Shown in pieces: positions 51,927-61,991 of a stretch of 64,000 bases of DNA. The notes beneath the pieces are model-generated. The model did not search any database. It was not told where the DNA came from and saw only the letters and a list, made by a program, of their open reading frames with translations. Position 1 is the stretch's first letter. Each line of letters starts with the position of its first letter. Origin of the DNA: Gammaproteobacteria bacterium. GTDB taxonomy: Bacteria; Pseudomonadota; Gammaproteobacteria; Eutrophobiales; Eutrophobiaceae. The DNA is taken from NCBI GenBank assembly GCA_963422205.2, contig CAXMWX010000007.1, positions 32,001 to 96,000 on the forward strand, in the 5' to 3' direction. The translations under genes and the position numbers were made by a program.

Positions 51927-53192
51927 TTAATTTAACACGGCAGCGTTATGGCCGACTGCCTGAGTCGCGCCCAGATAGGCCTCCATGATGCGGGTCGGGT
52001 CTTTGAGCAGGTGATCCTTCCACTTGCCCAGTTTCAGTTTGCCTTGGATAAGCCCGCGCAATACCCCAACATGATTGGTCAGCCCTAACGCCTGCGCGCC
52101 GACCAGCACATCATCCTGGAACTGCAAACTGAGATAACGATAACGTTGCTCATCGCTGAGTTCAGCCGACTCACCGCCATCCACACCCATCCACAAGCCG
52201 TAAGAGGTAGAGATCAAGCCTATGGTATCCAACACATTCATGTTCACACTGCCCTGATGCCGGATGTCACTGCCCGCCATATTCATGGCAGCGATGCGCC
52301 CATGATCAGCCGCTGTTGGCTGGATCGCCTGGACAGTAAACTCGCCGGTGGAAAAATCCTTGCCCTGACACACATCACCCGCGGCATAGACATCCTCATC
52401 GCTGCTTTGCAGGCGATCATTCACCAGTACGCCGAAATCCATTGCAAGACCGCTGCCTTCCAGAAATTGCGTATTCGCCTTCACTCCGGTGGCGGAAATC
52501 AACACATCAGCGGCCAGCACATCGCCGTTGTCCAGTGTCACATTCAAGCCATCGCCGCGCTCGGTAATGGCCTCGACTTTTGTCGAGGTAAGCACCTTGA
52601 TCCCCTTCGCCTCACACCATTTTTTGATCAAGCCGCCGGCCGCCTGGTTCATCATACGCGGCACCATACGATCTTCCATTTCAATCACGGTCAGACTAAC
52701 ACCACGCAAGGCCAGCGATTCCAGGATGATGCACCCAATAAAGCCCGCGCCCATCAGCACAACGCTGGCGCCTTCGGTGGCCTTGGCTGCGATGTTACGA
52801 CCATCTTCCAGCGTCCAGCAGGCATGAATATTCGGCAAGTCCATGCCGGGGATGGGGGGGCTGACCGGCTGCGAGCCGGTGGCGATCAGCAGCTTGTCAT
52901 AAGCCAGGGTAGCACCGGAAGCCAGATGCACCGTATGCTGCTTCGGGGCGAGCCCACTGACCATCTCCTGCAATACCTTGATTTGCCTGTCCCGGTAATG
53001 GCTGGCTGATTTACGCAGGTAAGTACCGCGCTCATCGATCTTATCGGTCAGATAATAGGGCAAGGCCATGCGTGAGTAAGGCGGCTCTTTCTCATCGCCC
53101 ACCAACGTGATCTCGCTGCCCGGATCAACCTTCGCCAGGGTCTCGGCAGCGATCACCCCGGCCGGCCCGGCGCCAATGATCATATAATTCAT
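51927..53192 (-). CDS. FAD/NAD(P)-dependent oxidoreductase subunit (AorC-like)
   Basis: IIGAGPAG, YDKLLIATGS, GAGFIG, VYAAGDV. Confidence 0.9.
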   Translation of the reverse strand: MNYMIIGAGPAGVIAAETLAKVDPGSEITLVGDEKEPPYSRMALPYYLTDKIDERGTYLRKSASHYRDRQIKVLQEMVSGLAPKQHTVHLASGATLAYDKLLIATGSQPVSPPIPGMDLPNIHACWTLEDGRNIAAKATEGASVVLMGAGFIGCIILESLALRGVSLTVIEMEDRMVPRMMNQAAGGLIKKWCEAKGIKVLTSTKVEAITERGDGLNVTLDNGDVLAADVLISATGVKANTQFLEGSGLAMDFGVLVNDRLQSSDEDVYAAGDVCQGKDFSTGEFTVQAIQPTAADHGRIAAMNMAGSDIRHQGSVNMNVLDTIGLISTSYGLWMGVDGGESAELSDEQRYRYLSLQFQDDVLVGAQALGLTNHVGVLRGLIQGKLKLGKWKDHLLKDPTRIMEAYLGATQAVGHNAAVLN

Positions 53193-53195
53193 TTA

Positions 53196-53519
53196 TTAGC
53201 GCTCCTGATCAACAAATCGTCCGCACGACCGACACACCATGCGCCCTGTCTGCTGGCGTCTGGCAAGCCTGCGGGCAGCAATACCCACGCCTGCCATGAA
53301 AATACCAACGGCTGTCACCAGGACAATAAAGTCGTCAATCGTGCCGGTGGCGATATTGATGTAGGGAATATCTGTCAGGGGCAGCGCCGTTGTCGCTTCA
53401 GCCTGCACCACCGCCGAGGGGAACATACCGACCACGGCCCCAATCAGGGCGATGTACAGGCGATGAGAGAGCAGCGACAGGCGGTTTGCGCCCGATAAGC
53501 TCGCGGCGATATGCCTCAC
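53196..53519 (-). CDS. Small membrane protein with C-terminal CxxC within aor operon
   Basis: GTGA overlap with AOR stop, ends 3 nt before next ATG; two hydrophobic segments; CRSC. Confidence 0.55.
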   Translation of the reverse strand: MRHIAASLSGANRLSLLSHRLYIALIGAVVGMFPSAVVQAEATTALPLTDIPYINIATGTIDDFIVLVTAVGIFMAGVGIAARRLARRQQTGRMVCRSCGRFVDQER

Positions 53520-55366
53520 AGCCCTAACCGATGCCGCGTCTCGGTGGTGGGTACGCCCTGCTCATCCCAGCCCCTGGCGGCGTAATAGGCTGGCAGCATC
53601 TTGTCCAGCTCGTTGACCTTGCCCTTGGCCGGGCCGGTTTCCGCCGCCTCTTTCAACAAACGCTGCGGCAGCGTGTCATCGGCAGCGGTCAAACCCGCCG
53701 CCAGATTGAACTCGCGCTCCATATTCCAGATCCGCTCCCCCACCTCAACCAGAGTCTCCGGCGTCCACTCTCCCTCACAGGCAGCATTGATTTGCGGGGC
53801 AATGTCCTCCAGCGTCCAGGCAAAGGTGGTAAACACGCACAGGCCCGCCGAATCCACCGCGGCGGTCGCATCCTGAAATGCCTTGGTTAGCTCGGCCTTG
53901 CCATCTGTGACCAGCGGGTCGGTTTTCTCCGGGATCCCCATCACTTCCGAGGAGACAGTATAGCCACGCAAATGGCAGGCGCCCCGGTTGGAAGTCGCAT
54001 AAGCCAGGCCCATGCCCTGGATACCACGGGGGTCGTAGGCCGGGAACTCCTGCCCCTTCACCGTCATGGAGAACTCTGGATGACCGTATTTCTCGCACAG
54101 ACGCTTGGAACCCAGGCCCAGTTCACGGCCGAAACCCTCGCCTTTGCAGGTCGCCTCCGCCGCCCAGGCCAGCGCCTTGGCAGAGCCAAAGGTGAACTCT
54201 ACCCCGTCGGTTTGCTCTTTGGTAATGGCGCCGGTTTCATACAATTCCATGGCCGCCGCCACCGTGGCACCGAACGAGATCGGATCAATGCCGTCCTCAT
54301 TGCAGAGAAAGTTGGCGTAGGTCAACACATCCAGATCATCAATCCCGGTGTCTGAGCCCAGCGCCCAGGCGGCTTCATACTCCAGCCCACCGGATGCGCC
54401 CCAGTATTCCGGCTTGTTTTCAATCGTGAAATGCCCCTTGTCGATGGTTGAGATGCGACCACAGGCGATGGTGCAGGCAAAACAACCGGCATTGGTGACC
54501 AGATTCGGCTTGCCATCGCCCGGACGTGGCTCATACATGGCCTCGGCGGAAATCTTGCTCGCCCCTTCGAACTGCACCTCGCGCATGTTGCGTGTGGGCA
54601 TGGCGCCGACTTCGTTGATCACATTCATCAAGACCTGGGTGCCAAACTTCGGCAGGCCCTCGCCAGAGACCGGATGCTCGGCCAGCGTCTTTTTGCCCTC
54701 GTTCACGGCCTGCATGAAGGCGGCGGGATCATGGATATTGCCCACGCCCCGGGTGCCGCGCACCGCCACAGCTTTGAGATTCTTTGAGGCCATCACCGTA
54801 CCCACACCAGAACGGCCAGCCGCACGATGCAGATCATTGACGATGGCGGCATACATGCAGCCTTTCTCTGCGCTTCTGCCCACCGCGGCGATACGCAATA
54901 AAGGATCCTGGTATTTCGCATGCAACCATTCATCCGCCTGCCAGACGGACTTGCCCCAGATGGCATCGGCCGACAACAATTCGGCCTGCTCATTTTCGAT
55001 GTAGAGGTACACCGGCCTGGGAGACTTGCCCTCAAAGATGACCATGTCATAACCGGCCGATTTTAATTCAGCACCGATATAGCCACCCGAATTGGAGCAG
55101 GCGATAGCGCCCGTGAGCGGGCTTTTGGTAACGACCGAATAGCGCCCGGCGGTGGAGGCCATGGTGCCGGTCAGCGGCCCGGTGGTCATGATCAGTTTGT
55201 TATCCGGCCCCAGCGCATCGCATTGGGGATCGATCTCCTCGGTCAGGTATTTTGTCGCCAGACCGCGCTGCCCCAGGTATTGCTGCGCCCACTTCATATT
55301 CAGCGGTTCGTTGCTGATGTCGCCGGTCGTCAAATTCACTCTGAGTACATTGTTTGCCCAAGCCAT
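53516..55366 (-). CDS. Tungsten-type aldehyde:ferredoxin oxidoreductase catalytic subunit (AorB-like)
   Basis: KSPLTG..SNSGG, AAGRSGVG.VM.SKNLKA, CFACTIAC, EYE, RGACH, DTLP.RL. Confidence 0.95.
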   Translation of the reverse strand: MAWANNVLRVNLTTGDISNEPLNMKWAQQYLGQRGLATKYLTEEIDPQCDALGPDNKLIMTTGPLTGTMASTAGRYSVVTKSPLTGAIACSNSGGYIGAELKSAGYDMVIFEGKSPRPVYLYIENEQAELLSADAIWGKSVWQADEWLHAKYQDPLLRIAAVGRSAEKGCMYAAIVNDLHRAAGRSGVGTVMASKNLKAVAVRGTRGVGNIHDPAAFMQAVNEGKKTLAEHPVSGEGLPKFGTQVLMNVINEVGAMPTRNMREVQFEGASKISAEAMYEPRPGDGKPNLVTNAGCFACTIACGRISTIDKGHFTIENKPEYWGASGGLEYEAAWALGSDTGIDDLDVLTYANFLCNEDGIDPISFGATVAAAMELYETGAITKEQTDGVEFTFGSAKALAWAAEATCKGEGFGRELGLGSKRLCEKYGHPEFSMTVKGQEFPAYDPRGIQGMGLAYATSNRGACHLRGYTVSSEVMGIPEKTDPLVTDGKAELTKAFQDATAAVDSAGLCVFTTFAWTLEDIAPQINAACEGEWTPETLVEVGERIWNMEREFNLAAGLTAADDTLPQRLLKEAAETGPAKGKVNELDKMLPAYYAARGWDEQGVPTTETRHRLGL

Positions 55367-55378
55367 AATAATAACCTC

Positions 55379-55855
55379 CTATGCTGATGCGCCGAGTTCG
55401 GCGCTTTGTGCTGCATGTGCACGCATACGATTGAGTCCTGTGTGATCGGCATCGACATAGGTAATCGCCGCAGTCGGACACGCCTTGGCGCATTCAGGAT
55501 CACCGCCACACAAATCACATTTATACACCACCTGTGAATCCTGGCTGTAATTCACAGTGCCAAACGGGCAGGCAATGGTGCATACCTTGCAGCCCACACA
55601 AACATCGTCCAGCACATCTTTGGCCCCGGTGGCCTCGTTGATGACGATCGCCTCCACCGGGCAGGCATGCAGACACCAGGCCTCAGCACATTGCGTACAG
55701 GTATACGGGACGAAGCGCCCCTCTTCGTGAAAGGTAAATATCTTGATTCGAGATTTTGACGGGTTAAATACGCCTTCAGCCTGGTAGGAACACGCCATTT
55801 CACACTGTAGACAACCCGTGCATTTCTCCGGCTCAATCTGAAGTGCCTTTAACAT
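55379..55855 (-). CDS. 4Fe-4S polyferredoxin subunit (AorA-like)
   Basis: CTGCLQCEMAC, CTQC..WC..ACP, CVGCKVCTIACP, KCDLC..C..ACP. Confidence 0.93.
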   Translation of the reverse strand: MLKALQIEPEKCTGCLQCEMACSYQAEGVFNPSKSRIKIFTFHEEGRFVPYTCTQCAEAWCLHACPVEAIVINEATGAKDVLDDVCVGCKVCTIACPFGTVNYSQDSQVVYKCDLCGGDPECAKACPTAAITYVDADHTGLNRMRAHAAQSAELGASA

Positions 55856-56144
55856 GATAGAACCCTCATCGTTGCGTTGTGTTTATCTCATCACTCTAGC
55901 GTCTGCTTGGCATACAGGTCAACGTAACGGTCGCCGACAAAACTAATGACATTCCAAACTACCTATACCCATCCCCCGCAGTATAGTCAAGCCCATGCGC
56001 CCATGCCACAGACTGTGGCCAGCGCGGGTCGGTTGCACCTGTATTTTAATTATACCGCCAGCCAGCACCGTTCACACCTCTGATGCAGGCCGAATGCACG
56101 ACACGGGCGGATGTCGCAAAACGCAACAAACCCGTAACAGGTGA

Positions 56145-56630
56145 TCAGGCATCGGTCTCGGCAGGCATGTTCTCTTTCTGTTCTTTGATGACCACCGTAC
56201 CGGCGAGTTTATCGTGCCAGCCCTGTTTCCTTTTATCAAAGGCCACCCAGAACATGCCCATACCAAAGATCAGAAAGCTGGGATAATAGGCAAAATACCT
56301 GCCGATGAATTGGCCTGTGGATGGTTTCTGGCCCGTCCTGGCATCAACTACCCTGGCACCTATGACCATCTTCCCCGGCGTTGCCTGGCGGTAGTGCCAG
56401 AAGAGAATTATCGCAACGGCGGGCAAGACATAAGAGAACAGAAAATCCACAGCACCGAGCAGAAACCGTTCGCTGTATAACATGGCATCGGTGCCGTAGA
56501 CAGCGAACAGAACGGGCATAACAATAAGGGCGATCAACAGCGAATCGATGATCGTTGCCCACACCCTGAGCCAGAAGCCAGCGTAGACAAAAGCCTGGTT
56601 ATCATCGGTATTCATGCCCTCTTCTCCCAT
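56145..56630 (-). CDS. RDD family membrane protein
   Basis: YAGFWLR..A..ID, ATPGK, KQGWHDKLAGT.V. Confidence 0.92.
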   Translation of the reverse strand: MGEEGMNTDDNQAFVYAGFWLRVWATIIDSLLIALIVMPVLFAVYGTDAMLYSERFLLGAVDFLFSYVLPAVAIILFWHYRQATPGKMVIGARVVDARTGQKPSTGQFIGRYFAYYPSFLIFGMGMFWVAFDKRKQGWHDKLAGTVVIKEQKENMPAETDA

Positions 56631-56738
56631 GATGCCCGCAACAGGTTCTATGACGTGTGCCAGTCAAGTACGATTGATATGCACTGACTTTCACTGTACC
56701 ATAGGCCAGTATCAAGCGACAGATAGGCGGCATCACCG

Positions 56739-57581
56739 ATGCGGGCATTGATGGCAAACACACCGATGGCGGTATGCACTGTGCTGGCTCTTGGCCTGTG
56801 CTTATTGGCACAACAGGCGGGCGCTTCAAAGGGGCGAACCTTTCACTTTGCGTTCATCGCCGATGCCAACAGCCCGGCCCTGTCCGGGGCTGAACAGGGG
56901 ATCATCGAGGCCAACCTGCAAGGCCAGTTCCTGGGTATACAGTACGTGCTGGAGAAATTCTCCAGTGCCGCATGGGATTCCGCCAGGCCGGACAAATACA
57001 TGGCGATACTGGCCGACCTGCCAGCCGAGAAATTAGTCGCATTAAGCCGTTCAAACCCAATCCGCGCCATTTTCAATTTAACGGCAAAAGATGATCAACT
57101 GCGGACAATCTGTACGCCCAACCTGCTGCATACGATCGCCAGCATGAATATGTACCGGGATGCAAAACAACAATGGCTGACAAAGCAGCCTGTCGTTGAA
57201 ATTACCGTCAGCGGCTGGCATCAGGATTTCGTCAAATTCGCCGCCCGTGATCTCAACAAACGCTATAGAAAAACCTTCTCCCAGCCCATGGATGAGCTTG
57301 CCTGGTCTGGCTGGGCGGCGGTTAAGATGACGACCGATTTGATTGCTCGCCATGTTGATGCGCCCCCCTCTGCCCTGCTCCGGTTATTGAAAACAGAACT
57401 GGCCTTTGACGGCCAAAAAGGGATCACGCTGGACTTCAGGCCAAACGGCCAGTTAAGACAACCCCTGCTGATTGCCGATAGCAATGGGCGGCTGCTGGGT
57501 GAGGCGCCCGTGCGCGGTGTGGTTGATGCGAACGATCTTGACAGCCTGGGTTATGCGGCGGAGCAGGCCGATTGCCCATGA
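56739..57581 (+). CDS. Periplasmic binding-protein-like, PQQ-dependent alcohol dehydrogenase system associated
   Basis: Signal peptide; AARDLNKRY, WAAVK, FDGQKG..L.FRP.GQLRQPLL. Confidence 0.72.
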   Translation: MRALMANTPMAVCTVLALGLCLLAQQAGASKGRTFHFAFIADANSPALSGAEQGIIEANLQGQFLGIQYVLEKFSSAAWDSARPDKYMAILADLPAEKLVALSRSNPIRAIFNLTAKDDQLRTICTPNLLHTIASMNMYRDAKQQWLTKQPVVEITVSGWHQDFVKFAARDLNKRYRKTFSQPMDELAWSGWAAVKMTTDLIARHVDAPPSALLRLLKTELAFDGQKGITLDFRPNGQLRQPLLIADSNGRLLGEAPVRGVVDANDLDSLGYAAEQADCP

Positions 57582-57632
57582 GCATAGACAATGATTAGTA
57601 CCTGCAACTCAAGTCATAAGGAGTCCTGACCA

Positions 57633-58583
57633 ATGAAACTCATACACCTCAGCACATTAATCGCCCTGCTCCTCGCCGCTGGCGCACAGGCGGCAACTGA
57701 CAGAATATTCGTTACCAATGAAAGGAGTAACGATGTCTCTGTGATCAACGGCGAGACCCTGGAAGTCGAAGCCACGATCAACGTGGGCAATCGCCCGCGC
57801 GGCATCGGCTTGTCGCCCGATGGCAAGGAGTTGTACATCGCCGCCAGTGAGGATAATGCGATCAAGGTGGTTGATCCTGTCTCCTTGCAGGTGTTGCGGG
57901 AATTCCAGGCCGGCTCTGATCCGGAAGCCTTTGCAGTGCATCCCAACGGCATGATTTATATCTCCAATGAAGATGATGCCAAGGCCAGTGTATTTGACCC
58001 GGCAACAGGCCAGAAAATCATTCAGATTGAAGTCGGACTGGAGCCCGAGGGCGTGGCCATATCAGCGGATGGCAGGCAGGTGATTATCACCAGCGAATCC
58101 ACCAATATGCTGCATGTCATTGCGGTGCCGGAACATACCATCACGGCCAATATCCTGGTGGGTGCGCGCCCGCGGGCGGCCGTCTTCAATCGTGCGGGCA
58201 CCCTGGCTTATGCCACTTCGGAGATCAGCGGTGAAGTCAAGAAAATTGATATGCAGACACACACCATCCTGGCGCAGACCAAAATTGCTGATGAGAAGGC
58301 AAAGCCGAAAGATGTGCTTTTAAGCAAGGATGAGAAACGGCTGTATGTTGCTGGCGGTCGTGCGAATGCGGTGCTGGTGCTTGATGCTGATTCCCTGGAG
58401 CCGATCAAGCGTATTCCGGTCGGCAAGCGGGTGTGGGGGCTGGCGATGTCCAAAGACGGCAAACGGGTGTTCAGCACCAATGGCGTCAGTGGCACCGTGT
58501 CCGTCATCGATACCGAGAAAAATGATGTGCTGAAGACGATCACCGTTGGACAATTTCCCTGGGGAGTGGTGATTGACGACTAG
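57633..58583 (+). CDS. PQQ-catabolism-associated YVTN beta-propeller protein
   Basis: FVTNERSN, VGNRPRGI, GSDPE, YISNEDD, VGLEPEG, PWGV. Confidence 0.88.
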   Translation: MKLIHLSTLIALLLAAGAQAATDRIFVTNERSNDVSVINGETLEVEATINVGNRPRGIGLSPDGKELYIAASEDNAIKVVDPVSLQVLREFQAGSDPEAFAVHPNGMIYISNEDDAKASVFDPATGQKIIQIEVGLEPEGVAISADGRQVIITSESTNMLHVIAVPEHTITANILVGARPRAAVFNRAGTLAYATSEISGEVKKIDMQTHTILAQTKIADEKAKPKDVLLSKDEKRLYVAGGRANAVLVLDADSLEPIKRIPVGKRVWGLAMSKDGKRVFSTNGVSGTVSVIDTEKNDVLKTITVGQFPWGVVIDD

Positions 58584-58609
58584 ACGCCGATGACTGCCGG
58601 TAAGCTGCC

Positions 58610-59257
58610 TTACGCTTCCAGGATATTACAGCGGATGGCCAGACGGGTGAGCTCTGCCAAGGTGTTGACCTTCAGCTTGGCCTTGACCTGTGTGCTGTAA
58701 TTGGCAACGGTCTTGTAGCTGATCGATAAACGCCGGGCGATCTCGATGGTGTTTAATCCCTCGGCCAGAAGACAAAAAATTTCGAACTCCCGTGTTGACA
58801 GCGAAGAGAACGGCCCGTCCTCCCCACGGGTCTTCTGAAAGGCCATGTTCTGTGCCAGTTCCGAATCCAAGTATTTCCTGCCGTCAGCGATGGACTCAAT
58901 GGCCTGTATCAGGGTTTCAGGGGCGATATTCTTGGTGATATAGCCCATCGCCCCGGCCCGGATTGCCTGATCCACGAACACGATATCATCGTGCATACTG
59001 ATCACCAGAATGCGCGCATTGCCATCTCTTAACACAATCCGCCGGATGGCTTCCAGCCCGCCCATACCCGGCAGAGATAAATCCATCACCACCACGTCCG
59101 GCTGATGCTCAACATAGAGTTTACAGGCCAGCTCGCCAGTATCTGCCTCGGCAACTATCTCAATGGCAGGGTGCTTGTTTAACAACATACGATAGCCCGC
59201 CCTGACCACCGCATGATCATCAACCAGTACCACCCGAATTTTTTTATGTGTGATCAT
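58610..59257 (-). CDS. NarL/LuxR family response regulator (MxbM/FlhR-like)
   Basis: VDDHAVVR, MDLSLPG, LSTREFEIF HTH. Confidence 0.93.
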   Translation of the reverse strand: MITHKKIRVVLVDDHAVVRAGYRMLLNKHPAIEIVAEADTGELACKLYVEHQPDVVVMDLSLPGMGGLEAIRRIVLRDGNARILVISMHDDIVFVDQAIRAGAMGYITKNIAPETLIQAIESIADGRKYLDSELAQNMAFQKTRGEDGPFSSLSTREFEIFCLLAEGLNTIEIARRLSISYKTVANYSTQVKAKLKVNTLAELTRLAIRCNILEA

Positions 59258-60579
59258 GATACAGCCCGGCCCTGCATGGGGATCTGCAAGGTGATCTTGA
59301 CGCCCTCTCCCGGTGCGGTTTCAATCTGCATCTCCCCCCCCATATAATCCATGCGCTCACGCATGCCCGTCAGCCCCAGCCCTTTTTCAACATTGCCCGC
59401 ATCAAACCCCCTGCCATCATCATCAATCGTTATCCGCAGCGCCTGGTTCTGTTGCACAATCAGCGAAACATGCACATCTTTGGCCTCAGCGTGCCGGGAG
59501 ACATTCGTCAGGCTTTCCTGGATAATGCGATAAATATTTATCTTCACCAACTCATCCAGCCGACTGTAGTCGCCGTGTATTTCCAGATAACAAAACGTAT
59601 CGGCATGGGCAGCATTCCAGTTATCCACCATCTCCTGCAAGGCCAGTTGCAGGCCAAGCTCATCCAGCACCGTGGGGCGTAATTGCCGGATCAGGCGGCT
59701 GGCAACGGCATACATCGCATCCGAGTGCTGTTTGATAATCGCCGCTCTGCCCTGCACCGAACTGACATCATCGGAGGCCTCGATAGAGGCCGCCACGGCC
59801 TTGATGGCGCTGATCGTCTGCCCCAGCTCATCGTGCAGCTCATGTGCCAGCGCACGCCTTTCCTGCTCCTGTATTTCCAGGGTTCGACGCGTCAGATACT
59901 GATTCTCCTTCCTGCTGGCAGACAGTACCGCCGTCATGACATTAAATTTCTCCGAGATAGCGGAAAACTCAGGTGTGCTGAACGGCGGCAAACGCAGGGT
60001 ATAATCGCCTTTTTCTATTCTTTCAAGACCCGCCAGGATCGACGTGACCGGCGCCAGATCACGCCCCAGCACAAAAAAAATGATGCCGTTGGCCAGCACG
60101 GTAAACAATAACAGCAGCAGCAAAAAATTCCGCATGTCATGCCAGACTTCGGTTATCTCATCGGCCGGGTCGGCAAACACGATGATCTCGGTAAGCGATG
60201 CCTCTTTGTTGGCGATAAGGCGTCGAAACTCTATGCGTGGCGGCTTGATCAGGGCGATGAACCAGGCCGGTGCATCTGCCCTGATGTCGGGAAACAGGTG
60301 GGGGGGTGAACGCCGTTCCAGACTGGAATGGCTTACGGCGACTTGCAGGTGTCGGGTTGCCTGTAGCTTTTGCAGCTCGCTGATGAGGCGATCATGCTGC
60401 CCGGCCGGGTGGCTTGAACTGACGATCACGGCAAGCAACCGGGACGTTAAGTTCGATACCGATCGCACCTCCTCGGCCACGGCATGTTGGGCTGATTTGA
60501 TGATGTAGACACACGCCCCCACCATGAACAACAAAAACAGCAGGTTAATCAGCAGATTCAGCCTGAGTTTAAGGCTCAT
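59254..60579 (-). CDS. HAMP + HisKA_3 sensor histidine kinase (MxbD-like)
   Basis: Two TMs, DEITEVW, ERRALAHELHDELGQ, QESLTN, DDGRGF, GLGL.GMRER. Confidence 0.92.
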   Translation of the reverse strand: MSLKLRLNLLINLLFLLFMVGACVYIIKSAQHAVAEEVRSVSNLTSRLLAVIVSSSHPAGQHDRLISELQKLQATRHLQVAVSHSSLERRSPPHLFPDIRADAPAWFIALIKPPRIEFRRLIANKEASLTEIIVFADPADEITEVWHDMRNFLLLLLLFTVLANGIIFFVLGRDLAPVTSILAGLERIEKGDYTLRLPPFSTPEFSAISEKFNVMTAVLSASRKENQYLTRRTLEIQEQERRALAHELHDELGQTISAIKAVAASIEASDDVSSVQGRAAIIKQHSDAMYAVASRLIRQLRPTVLDELGLQLALQEMVDNWNAAHADTFCYLEIHGDYSRLDELVKINIYRIIQESLTNVSRHAEAKDVHVSLIVQQNQALRITIDDDGRGFDAGNVEKGLGLTGMRERMDYMGGEMQIETAPGEGVKITLQIPMQGRAVS

Positions 60580-60608
60580 CGTATGGCAGGCGGGAGGTAA
60601 GGTAAGCG

Positions 60609-61868
60609 TTAATAAAAATCCTGCTCCGCCGCTTCCAGGACACGGATAAATTCCCGCGCCCGCTGATATCTGTCATCGGGATTCTTTGCCAGGATGCGAT
60701 CGATGATCTCCTGATACTGGCTTAGTGCGGCGGGCAGCTTGGGGATTTCAGCATGCACATGCTGGTAGATCATGGCGGCCGGGGTGGCGGCATTGAAGGG
60801 TTTTCCGCCGGTCAACAGCTCATACAGCAACACCCCGGCGCTGTACAGATCCGAGCGGGTATCGACTTTCTTCCCCTCGCCCTGCTCCGGGCTCATGTAA
60901 TGCGGTGTCCCCAGCACCTGCCCGAAACTGGTCAAGTCCGCCCCGCCCTCCAGCTTTTTTGAGATCCCGAAATCTGCCAGCGCCAGGCTGTCATCCCCCC
61001 GGAACATGATATTCGCCGGCTTCAGATCCCGATGCACCACGCCGATGGAGTGAATCGCCTCCAGGCCGTAAGTGATGTGGGTCATATAATTAAAGGCAAC
61101 CTCCGGTAAGATGCCCAGCTCCATGCGCTGCTTCAAATCGCCACGAGAGAAAAATTCCATCGCAATAAAGCCGTAACTTTCGGTCATGCCATGATCGTGG
61201 ATTTTGACCACAAACGGCGATTTCAAGGCCGAAATCAACTCTGCCTCCTGGACAAAGCGGGTGAGCAGGCTGCGATCCTGGACCAACGTTAAATCCAGCA
61301 CCTTCAGCACCAGAGACAGGCGGACTGATTTCTTCTCTGCCAGATAAACACGCGACATGGCCCCCTGGCCTATCTGCCGCACAAACTTATAGCCGATATC
61401 CAGCTCGCTTTCAGGCAAGCCGTCGACCTCCTTGTCCTGCTGTATCTTGTCGACGATCCTGGCGGCTTCCGAATCACTGTCGTCCTCCTCGTTGACGAAC
61501 TCCAGCGCCTGCTCGACAATCTGCTTTAATCGTCTGGGAGAGATGTCTTTTTTATTGATGTAATCCGCCGCCCCCAGCTTGACGGCCTTCATGGCAATGT
61601 ACTCATCCCCTTCTGCGGTCAGCACAATAGCGGGCGGGAAGCCGGGCGCCTGCTTGTAGGTCTTCAGCCATTCCAGACCATCCTCATTCTCACCCAGCAT
61701 ATAATCAAGCAGCAACACATCGAAATCCGACCAGTTGACATTATCCGGCCGTCCTGATTTGACGGGATCATATTCTTCGACCACCGCCTCCGGTAGCTCT
61801 TTGCTGAGGTACAGTCGGATGAGAGAGCGTAAATCCTGTGAGTCATCAATGATGAGAATATTCATCAA
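60609..61868 (-). CDS. Receiver domain - Hanks-type Ser/Thr kinase fusion
   Basis: IIDD, LLDY, LT, K in REC; GQGAMSRV, HRDLKPAN, DFG, GTPHYMSPE. Confidence 0.92.
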   Translation of the reverse strand: MMNILIIDDSQDLRSLIRLYLSKELPEAVVEEYDPVKSGRPDNVNWSDFDVLLLDYMLGENEDGLEWLKTYKQAPGFPPAIVLTAEGDEYIAMKAVKLGAADYINKKDISPRRLKQIVEQALEFVNEEDDSDSEAARIVDKIQQDKEVDGLPESELDIGYKFVRQIGQGAMSRVYLAEKKSVRLSLVLKVLDLTLVQDRSLLTRFVQEAELISALKSPFVVKIHDHGMTESYGFIAMEFFSRGDLKQRMELGILPEVAFNYMTHITYGLEAIHSIGVVHRDLKPANIMFRGDDSLALADFGISKKLEGGADLTSFGQVLGTPHYMSPEQGEGKKVDTRSDLYSAGVLLYELLTGGKPFNAATPAAMIYQHVHAEIPKLPAALSQYQEIIDRILAKNPDDRYQRAREFIRVLEAAEQDFY

Positions 61869-61991
61869 TAATCAGAGGGTTATCTGGAAAAATGGATGTT
61901 GATTATATCTTTTGCACATCAAGTTGCCTATCATAAAGCAATTTTACCGATGATTCTATCTGGCAAAACAGGCACTCAGGCGATATGCCTG

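Noticed and set aside
52146-53009. 287-aa plus-strand ORF, and similar antisense ORFs in gcdH, metH and the porin
   Set aside because: Antisense to well-supported genes
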